From Poseidonia sp. (lineage in GTDB: Archaea > Thermoplasmatota > Poseidoniia > Poseidoniales > Poseidoniaceae), in assembly GCA_965661285.1 (NCBI GenBank), contig CBFIDD010000003.1, positions 192,001-256,000 of the forward strand: 64,000 nucleotides of DNA, written 5' to 3'. The position numbers were made by a program, and so were the translations under genes. The notes beneath the pieces are model-generated. The model had not been told where the DNA came from, searched no databases, and saw only the letters and a program-made list of their open reading frames with translations. Of the stretch, positions 56,884 to 64,000 are shown in pieces. The stretch's first letter is position 1; each line of letters begins with the position of its first letter.

Positions 56884-59800
56884 CGAGACAGCTCGTCGAT
56901 GAAGGCCATATCCTCAATGGTCTCGCCGTGCCGCAGGGCCGGGCTTGAGAAGCCTGCCAAGTCAGCAAATTCGTGGTCGCCGATTTGGGCTTTGGTGACC
57001 GCCGCCTGACGATTGGCCAGCGCCGCCTTCTTTTTCTTCTTCTTACGACGGCGACGACGAATGAACATGACGAGCAAAATCAGGACGAGGGTGGGATAGA
57101 CCCAGAACTGGATGAGGAAATAAATCCACCCGACTTGAATCCGGAACGTCAAGTCGTCTTCGAATTCGCCGGGAGGCACGACGTAGGTGATGGTTTGTCG
57201 CCCGCCGTCTTCGGTGATGATCACGTGGCCTGCAGAGGAGGTGACGTCCACGACCGTAATGCCCCGTGGGAGGGTGAACGTGATTGGACCGGAATAGGCT
57301 GCGTCCTTGATGGGTGAATTCACGGCGTCGTCCCCGCTGCCGAACTCATCGGGTAGATCCGTGCTGATAACACCCGTTGAGATGGTAATCGTCTCCTCAT
57401 TCGCAGGAGGATAGGTCACGCCATCCCCGCTGACAACGGAGCCGCGAAGCCCCTTCGTGAGCAGGCCGGCGGCCATCTGTACCGGTTGGTGGAACACGGA
57501 CTGGAGGCTGCTGGTGACAATGCTCACCTTCAGGTCTTCAGGAGCGGTTTCCGTCATTTCGCCCCAACCAGTGCCTGAACCGATGGTGAATTCAACTTCA
57601 GGAATCACGAGGGACAGCGTGATGGGCTCGTCGTCGCTGACCACATCATCAGGCGCTTCGATTCCTGAGATGGACGTCCGAAGTTCAAACGCAGACAGGT
57701 CAACCTCGCCAAAGGGATTGCTTTCATTTTCTGCAATGAGGGTTCCTGCGCCGTGGATGGCGTCCGTGACAATCTCGCCCAAGCGTTTTGCGAGGTCTTT
57801 CATGCCCTGTCGAGTGGCGATGAGTTCGAGGTCGTCGCAGTCGCTAAAGTACTCCCCAGAATCCTCGCTTTCGCACCACGGAATGGGTACCGTAGCATCG
57901 AGTGGGTCGTCCATTCGACTCGAGAGGTCAATGATCAGGCGAAGCAAGTCCGAAGGCAAGGCCTCCATCTGACCGCACGCCTCGATATCCTCGCCCTCAT
58001 AACAACGCTCGCCGTCAACGAAGCCGATGCGGTAAACGTTCAAATCTGCTTCAAGCGCCATGGTCACGCTGAAGGAAGCGCTCCATTCGTTGAAGTTCAC
58101 TTTGGAAAGGTCGAATTTCACATCGGACTGAACGCACGTGCTCTGATTGGCAAAACAGACGACCCGGCCGTCATCGTCCGTAATTTCATGCTCCCAGTCA
58201 TAGGGGTCGGTCCCTGTGAGCGAGAGGTCGAGTGAACCTGTGGAGTCAACGGTCTTCGTCAGCGTGATGCTTGACGTACCGTCCACGGTGGTCACCCAAG
58301 TTGGCAGTATGATGTCCACGGTCAAGTCCGTAGGTGGGAGACCGCTCAAATCGATGGTGTTGAGCAACGACTCCCCAATGATCGCTTCAATGGAAAACCC
58401 TGCGTTCATCAAGCGTTCCAGGTCACTGCTCTGGACGTTCTCGAGGAAGTCCACCACAGAAGAATTCTCATCGTCCATCTGAGCGATGATGATGTCAATG
58501 AATCGCATGGAAAAGGGTTGACTGGTGGTTTGGAGGTAGATGGGGTAGTCCCCGTTCATGGCGTTGGGACCTTGAAGGCAATAATGCAGCACCTGTCCTG
58601 CTGCCATCGGTTCACTGCATCCAGTTGAATGGCTGTAGTTCAAGCCTCCTTCACTGTCAAAAATACCTGTGCCGTCGGTGGACGAAACCCACTGCAGGTC
58701 GCTCATGGTGATGTCGCCCACGCCAGCGATGGTGGTGCCAAGGTCTTCCACGATGTCGCCAACGGGGAACTGGTCGGTGAATTGCGTCAAGTCCACGATG
58801 TCGTTATGATAGGCCAGTCGAATACCGTCTGAGGTGATGACGGGTATGGTTGCTGATGAAGAGACGTCGAACATGTTGATGCCCCAATTGTTGAGTGTTT
58901 CCTCGTCCAAGTAGGACAGGCCTGCTGCGAAATTGATGGTCGCCTCGGATTCGTCGGTCAAATCGAGCACAAGGTTGAGGTTGATGGCTTTGCTGCCCGG
59001 TTCGACGTACACCGTGGGCGTGTCCGTTGAATTTCGGTGCGCCAATTTCAGGTCAACGGTTTGGACGAGATCGCCGTCGGTTTCCGTTGCCTCCAGGTGG
59101 TCAATGGACCATTCCGCCGCCATAAAGTTGGGCGGACCGGCACGGACCAAGAGGGTGCCTTGCGAATCTACCCCTTTGACCGTTGAGTACGACGACGGGT
59201 TGATGACAAAGTCTGCTTTGTGCCCCGGCTTGGTCGTCAAATCAAAACTGGTGTTCACTTCAGCACCCATCGTGAGCAGACCTCGGTAGGTTCGCTCCAA
59301 GTCAAGGTTCTCGGACCCAACGAGGTTGAAATTGCTGGCAAGCAGGTCGACAGAAGCGGTGGCCCGGAAACACAACGGTGGCTCAAAGACGTTGTTTTCA
59401 CTCGCACCTTCGGCTTGAGAATCGCCGTCGGGTGCGGATGAACACGTTGTGGTCAAACCGCCGGTTGTGAAGGAATCCACATAGGCGGTTGAAAGACTCG
59501 TAACTGTGCCAAAGCCAGATTCAAGGGCTTCTTCAATCGCTTCATGAACCTCACTTTGCAACTTTTGACCGACCGTTGAGGCGCCGTCGGACTGGTCAAA
59601 ATAATGCCGAATAAGGTCTGCCGGTGCACCGTCGTTCTCATCCAAACCGTCGGTCGATTCGAGGGTATCGCCGACCGTTGTGCCGGAACCAAAGCCGAGT
59701 GAATCCCGTTCAAACTCGCGCACAGCCCAGGTGAGTTCAAGTTCAATCGAGGAGGTGGAAATGAGGTCAAACTCGTAGGTACCCTCGACCCAATCCTGTT

Positions 59801-59978
59801 GATGAGGGGTCATGTCGTCGGCGTGGTCGTAGGTGTCGCAACCCGTCCCGTCGCCGACGCAGGATTGCATCCCTGTCGCACTGACCACCGGTGCAAAGAG
59901 TTGGAGCGTGAACAAGCACACCAGCATTAGCGAAAGGCCGTGCTTTGAAGCGTGCGAAGGGGGCGCTGAGGTAGTCAT
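56880..59978 (-). CDS. Large acidic secreted protein with C-terminal TM anchor and polybasic tail (cell-surface)
   Basis: Signal peptide, Asp/Ser/Thr-rich body, TM followed by RRRRRKKKKK. Confidence 0.75.
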   Translation of the reverse strand: MTTSAPPSHASKHGLSLMLVCLFTLQLFAPVVSATGMQSCVGDGTGCDTYDHADDMTPHQQDWVEGTYEFDLISTSSIELELTWAVREFERDSLGFGSGTTVGDTLESTDGLDENDGAPADLIRHYFDQSDGASTVGQKLQSEVHEAIEEALESGFGTVTSLSTAYVDSFTTGGLTTTCSSAPDGDSQAEGASENNVFEPPLCFRATASVDLLASNFNLVGSENLDLERTYRGLLTMGAEVNTSFDLTTKPGHKADFVINPSSYSTVKGVDSQGTLLVRAGPPNFMAAEWSIDHLEATETDGDLVQTVDLKLAHRNSTDTPTVYVEPGSKAINLNLVLDLTDESEATINFAAGLSYLDEETLNNWGINMFDVSSSATIPVITSDGIRLAYHNDIVDLTQFTDQFPVGDIVEDLGTTIAGVGDITMSDLQWVSSTDGTGIFDSEGGLNYSHSTGCSEPMAAGQVLHYCLQGPNAMNGDYPIYLQTTSQPFSMRFIDIIIAQMDDENSSVVDFLENVQSSDLERLMNAGFSIEAIIGESLLNTIDLSGLPPTDLTVDIILPTWVTTVDGTSSITLTKTVDSTGSLDLSLTGTDPYDWEHEITDDDGRVVCFANQSTCVQSDVKFDLSKVNFNEWSASFSVTMALEADLNVYRIGFVDGERCYEGEDIEACGQMEALPSDLLRLIIDLSSRMDDPLDATVPIPWCESEDSGEYFSDCDDLELIATRQGMKDLAKRLGEIVTDAIHGAGTLIAENESNPFGEVDLSAFELRTSISGIEAPDDVVSDDEPITLSLVIPEVEFTIGSGTGWGEMTETAPEDLKVSIVTSSLQSVFHQPVQMAAGLLTKGLRGSVVSGDGVTYPPANEETITISTGVISTDLPDEFGSGDDAVNSPIKDAAYSGPITFTLPRGITVVDVTSSAGHVIITEDGGRQTITYVVPPGEFEDDLTFRIQVGWIYFLIQFWVYPTLVLILLVMFIRRRRRKKKKKKAALANRQAAVTKAQIGDHEFADLAGFSSPALRHGETIEDMAFIDELSR

Positions 59979-60029
59979 CGCCCCTCCTAAGGTCGGGAAC
60001 TTGAAAGGCGTTACCCTCTCACCCCCGCC

Positions 60030-61166
60030 ATGGACACCACCGATTTGACGATGTTTCTCATCGTAAAATCAGGTCAGGGTGAGCGCACCCACGGGCTGTT
60101 GAAAGACGCCGGTTGGCTCAATTCTGGGATTGAGCCCCGCCGGGACGAGAACGGCAACATCGGCTTCCCACTGACGCCCAACTGCCCGCTGGACGGCATG
60201 GAACACTGGCTTCGGGACGAGGCCTCCATCATCGGTTCCGTCGAGCCTCACCGAGGGGTCAAACGACCTTCGGTTGACCCGCACGACCGCCTGGCATCAG
60301 CGATTCAAAGTTGGTTGGACGAACACGAGCTTGACCTGAGCACCGAGGAGTTGACGCCGCCCAAATGGGAAAAACTCGGGGCGCTGGTGCTCCTCCCTCG
60401 CACCACAACGACCACGGCCGCATGGGACAGCGTTCGTTGCCATCCCGACGCCAAAGGCCTGTGGAAGGCGATGGCAGATGCGTTGAACGTCACATCACTC
60501 GGTGTTCAAGCCCCCATCGCCGACGACACCTTTCGCTCCGCTCAAGTTGAGATGTTGCTCGGTTCCTCACACGTCAGGTTCACCGACCACGGTATGACCT
60601 ACACTTTTGATGCCGCCAAGGTCATGTTTTCCTCGGGCAACATCACCGAACGTCGTCGGATAGGGAGCCTTGACATGAAGGGCGAAGTGGTGGTCGACGC
60701 CTATGCTGGCGTTGGCTACTACACCTTCCCGATGCTCGTCCAAGGCGGTGCAGCCCACGTCCATGCCTGCGAAATCAACCCCGCATCCCTGGCCGGGCTG
60801 AGAGCCGGTGCGGAAGCCAACGGCATTGACGACCGCATGACCGTCCACGAAGGAGACAACGCCGTTTCGCTCTCCCATCTCGCCGGCATCGCCGACCGGT
60901 GTCATCTGGGGCTCTTACCGTCCAGTGAGGCCGTGTGGGAAGCGTGTTTCTTGGCCCTCAAAGCAACGGGTGGCACCCTTCACATTCACATGAACGTCGA
61001 AGAAGAACACATCGAAACGTGGGTGGACCAGACCGTTCAACGGTTTGAGGTGTTCAACGAACACCATCGTCGAGGCTTCGGTGTACGGCCGCTGCACGTT
61101 GAGCGCGTGAAGTGGTTTGCCCCCCGGGTTCGCCACGTGGTGTTGGACCTCAGTCTGCGTCCTTGA
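60030..61166 (+). CDS. tRNA(Phe) wyosine-pathway SAM-dependent transferase, TYW2/Taw2-like (Trm5 superfamily)
   Basis: FDAAKVMFSSGNITER, VVDAYAGVGYYT, ACEINP, ADRCHLGLLPSS, VKWFAPRVRHVVLD. Confidence 0.85.
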   Translation: MDTTDLTMFLIVKSGQGERTHGLLKDAGWLNSGIEPRRDENGNIGFPLTPNCPLDGMEHWLRDEASIIGSVEPHRGVKRPSVDPHDRLASAIQSWLDEHELDLSTEELTPPKWEKLGALVLLPRTTTTTAAWDSVRCHPDAKGLWKAMADALNVTSLGVQAPIADDTFRSAQVEMLLGSSHVRFTDHGMTYTFDAAKVMFSSGNITERRRIGSLDMKGEVVVDAYAGVGYYTFPMLVQGGAAHVHACEINPASLAGLRAGAEANGIDDRMTVHEGDNAVSLSHLAGIADRCHLGLLPSSEAVWEACFLALKATGGTLHIHMNVEEEHIETWVDQTVQRFEVFNEHHRRGFGVRPLHVERVKWFAPRVRHVVLDLSLRP

Positions 61167-62175
61167 CCGGAGGCGCTGGCTGAACCAGTTCGCCGACCAT
61201 CACCATCTCACCTTCGAGAACGGCCGGCGCCTTTCCATCGCCCGGAAGTGAATCCTTGCTTTGTTGGGCATAAACGGCGTACGTGATGCCGACACCGACC
61301 AACACCAATACAAGCGGGAGACCAACGACAAGGACGGCATCCTGCAACCATGTGTTCTCGCTTTGCGCTTCAACGACCGGGTTGCGGATCGTGCCGTCAG
61401 GGTCGGCCACGCCAATCATGTCCATCGAGAGAATACGGACCTCGATCAACGGCCGTCCGCCTGAGGCAAACGGGTTGTCGAGATCGGTGCCCGTTGGTTC
61501 ATCGCTCGTGGGCACGTCGGCGATGGCACGGATGTGCGTCATCCCGTGGCGGACGATACCAAACGTGGCGTAGCCCTCGTCATCCCGGTTTTCAGGGTCG
61601 AGCCCGTGGGCTTCCGTCTCGGCGATGTACCATTGCGAGTCGGCTGAATCCGGGTCGGCGCTCCGGGCCATGCCGATAGCGCCGTCCACGTGGGAGAGGT
61701 TTTCATCGTGCTCAAGCGGAATGGTTTCTCCCGTTCCACCGCTGCCGCATGAAGGGCTGGTGGTGGGGTAGACGCCGATGGTCTTGCAGGTTGGGTCGCC
61801 GGATTGGGTGACAAAATCGTTGATGACCCGATGGAAAAACACACCGTCGTAGAGTCCTGACTCGACATGAGCAATCATGTTGTTCGTGGTGATGGGCGCC
61901 CATTGTTCGAACAATTCGATGATGACCGTGCCCTCTTCTCGTGCCGACGTCCACCCTGACTGGTACGAGACGTTCATTGAGATGACGGCGTTGCCCGTGT
62001 AGGAATCCATCATCGGCGAATCCTCTGCCTCGGGGCGATCGGTCCATTCGGCGGGGTCAAGACCGACGCTGCGCCATGCCGGTGCTTCGTCCTCAGCGGC
62101 GACGAGCACCGAGGTCGTCAAAGGCAGCAAAAGCATCAGCAGCACCACCGAGACGGTTCGATACTGGCGAGCCAT
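61150..62175 (-). CDS. Cyclophilin-type peptidyl-prolyl isomerase, secreted and C-terminally anchored
   Basis: APITTNN, YDGVFFHRVI, QSGDP, GAIGMARS..PDSADSQWYI, YATFG; signal peptide and C-terminal TM. Confidence 0.9.
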   Translation of the reverse strand: MARQYRTVSVVLLMLLLPLTTSVLVAAEDEAPAWRSVGLDPAEWTDRPEAEDSPMMDSYTGNAVISMNVSYQSGWTSAREEGTVIIELFEQWAPITTNNMIAHVESGLYDGVFFHRVINDFVTQSGDPTCKTIGVYPTTSPSCGSGGTGETIPLEHDENLSHVDGAIGMARSADPDSADSQWYIAETEAHGLDPENRDDEGYATFGIVRHGMTHIRAIADVPTSDEPTGTDLDNPFASGGRPLIEVRILSMDMIGVADPDGTIRNPVVEAQSENTWLQDAVLVVGLPLVLVLVGVGITYAVYAQQSKDSLPGDGKAPAVLEGEMVMVGELVQPAPPVKDAD

Positions 62176-62250
62176 GCTTCGGGATGGAGCCCACCCCCAT
62201 GAAAACACCGGCGGCAGGAGGCGAATGGGCATCAACACCAAAAAGGATGA

Positions 62251-62637
62251 ATGGAAGCCATCGCCATGGACGAAGAATCAACCTTCATGCCCGACCTAAC
62301 GCTTGGCTACGGACTTTTTCTGGTGGTCTGGGGCATCGCCGTTTCCGTACTCTCCGACTCGCAATCCATCACGTCCTACTTCCCGAGCATGCTCGGTGCC
62401 CCGCTGGTTGTTTCTGGATGGATGGCCAAATCCAACCCCGAGAAACGAAAGTTGTGGATGCACATTGCCGTCACCTTCGGTTTACTCTGCGCACTTGGAG
62501 GCACCCGGTTCTTCATGGTCATGGGTGACGGCCTTGACTACGCCAGCGGTTCGATGCTGATGCTCTTCCTAAGCGGTTCGGCCTACACGGGCCTGTGCGT
62601 TCGCTCCTTCATCCAAGCCCGCAAGGCAAGCGAGTGA
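62251..62637 (+). CDS. Small 4-TM membrane protein
   Basis: Four hydrophobic segments; SITSYFPS, WMHIAV, VRSFIQARK. Confidence 0.75.
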   Translation: MEAIAMDEESTFMPDLTLGYGLFLVVWGIAVSVLSDSQSITSYFPSMLGAPLVVSGWMAKSNPEKRKLWMHIAVTFGLLCALGGTRFFMVMGDGLDYASGSMLMLFLSGSAYTGLCVRSFIQARKASE

Positions 62638-62675
62638 AGCGTCATCCTCTTGATAGGGGGAAGCCTCGTCGTAGC

Positions 62676-64000
62676 ATGGCCGAGAAGGACGATGTTCTCG
62701 AGGTCGACCTCATCCCTGCTGAGGGAACAGCGCAACGCCAACTCAACCTCTCGGCTGGAGCAACGGTCGCCTTCTCCATCGTGTTTCTTCTGCTCGCCAT
62801 GACCATCGGGTCCTCGGTCAATCAGGCGATGGAAGAATCCACGGACTACGCAACCGAATGGTGGAACACGCCGCTTCATCTCCGCCACACCATGGATTTG
62901 CCCATGGACACCTTGCGCGCCCAACTTCCCGAAAACGGCACCTACGAAGCCTTGCCATACGAGGAACATTTCGTCGAAGTTGACCTTCCTGCCAGCGAAC
63001 AAGACGCCGGTTTCCCCGGTGATGCGTTGATGCACGTTGCGCTTTGGCTGCCCGATGTGCCCGAGGGAACGAAGATTCCGGTCATCATGACCATTCACCC
63101 GTACTACGACTTTGGCGGCGAAGGTGTGGCGGGCGACGATTCCTCCCCCAACACGGTGCCCGACGGTGGCGTGGGCAAGTGGGTCTACGACACCTTTGTG
63201 CCCCACGGGTATGCGTTGGCTCAAGCCTCGACCTTCGGAACAGGTCAGTCAACCCACTGCCAGGACGTCAAGGGACTCGGCGAACAAACCGGGATTCAAG
63301 CTGTCGTCGACTGGCTTGGCGAACAGGAATGGTCCAACGGCAATGTCGGCTTGATGGGGAAGTCGTACGCGGGCACCACCAACTGGGAAGCCGCCCAACA
63401 ACCCTCGCCCTACCTCAAGACCATCGTCCCGATTTCAGGCTCCATCGGGGTGCAAGAAATGTTCTATAGAAACGGCTCCTCTGAGACGAGAGCCATGCTT
63501 TATGACGCACTTTACGAAGGTGCCACCGCCGATGCGACCACCGACGATATGCGCATGTGCACCGACGATGTCATCGGCCCGCTCAACCCCCTGACCACCT
63601 GGGCTGGGGCTGAATTTGGCGGTGCAGAGTGGAACGATTACTGGGACGAGCGACGTCACCTCCCTGACGTGCTCGCCAACTACGAAGGCAGCGTCTACTT
63701 GGTCTGGGGGATGCAGGACTGGAACGTCGATCCCTACCACGCCTTCCCGACCTACCAACTCATGACCGACGCGGGCATCAACGCCCGGGCCATCGCAGGT
63801 CAGTGGGCGCACAACTATCCCGACCAGCCGGACCGCCACAGCGAAATGGGCAGCGGCTATGGTGCAGAAGCCTACCCGAACATGAGTCGCATGGACTGGG
63901 CTGTGGAACTCTACGGCTGGTTCAACTACTACCTCAAGGACATCGGCGAAGAGCCTGAACCAATGGTGCAAATGCAAACCCACGACGGGAAGTGGCACGT
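62676..64000 (+). CDS. CocE/NonD / X-Pro dipeptidyl-peptidase (S15) family hydrolase, 3'-truncated (absent from the ORF track)
   Basis: Translated from ATG 62676 (MAEKDDVLEVD..., N-terminal TM); WSNGNVGLMGKSYAGTT nucleophile elbow, GMQDWNV, GQWAH. Confidence 0.85.
   Translation, partial: MAEKDDVLEVDLIPAEGTAQRQLNLSAGATVAFSIVFLLLAMTIGSSVNQAMEESTDYATEWWNTPLHLRHTMDLPMDTLRAQLPENGTYEALPYEEHFVEVDLPASEQDAGFPGDALMHVALWLPDVPEGTKIPVIMTIHPYYDFGGEGVAGDDSSPNTVPDGGVGKWVYDTFVPHGYALAQASTFGTGQSTHCQDVKGLGEQTGIQAVVDWLGEQEWSNGNVGLMGKSYAGTTNWEAAQQPSPYLKTIVPISGSIGVQEMFYRNGSSETRAMLYDALYEGATADATTDDMRMCTDDVIGPLNPLTTWAGAEFGGAEWNDYWDERRHLPDVLANYEGSVYLVWGMQDWNVDPYHAFPTYQLMTDAGINARAIAGQWAHNYPDQPDRHSEMGSGYGAEAYPNMSRMDWAVELYGWFNYYLKDIGEEPEPMVQMQTHDGKWH

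Overview
Gene-dense, moderately GC-rich archaeal chromosome segment, most likely Marine Group II Euryarchaeota (Ca. Poseidoniales). This is inferred from the archaeal tRNA-Gln/Phe, Rqc2, TrmB, Taw2 and RAM genes mixed with bacterial-type gpsA, rph, uvrC and ribA, and from large Asp-rich TSP3-like surface proteins. It holds about 48 CDS and 2 tRNAs. I saw no CRISPR array, rRNA or mobile element. Best candidate for an undescribed system: the ABC transporter at 2155-4780 looks like PhnCDE, but its binding protein reads as a single-lobed transferrin retaining all four Fe(III) ligands, and its TATA box is flanked by two TTTAGG-N4-CCTAAA palindromes of DtxR-family type. Together these suggest an iron-regulated archaeal transferrin uptake system. 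Other highlights: (1) a divergent light/oxidative-stress cluster (photolyase, NUDIX, SRPBCC-TIGR01777 / ribA, Prx, TrmB-V4R regulator, ABC1 kinase, crtI, crtB); (2) an integrin-alpha-like FG-GAP/TSP3 giant surface protein followed by a cytoplasmic EF-hand/Zn-ribbon protein; (3) a NUDIX-MBL fusion near Rqc2 and RNase PH. All family calls come from motif recognition by eye; no database searches were run.
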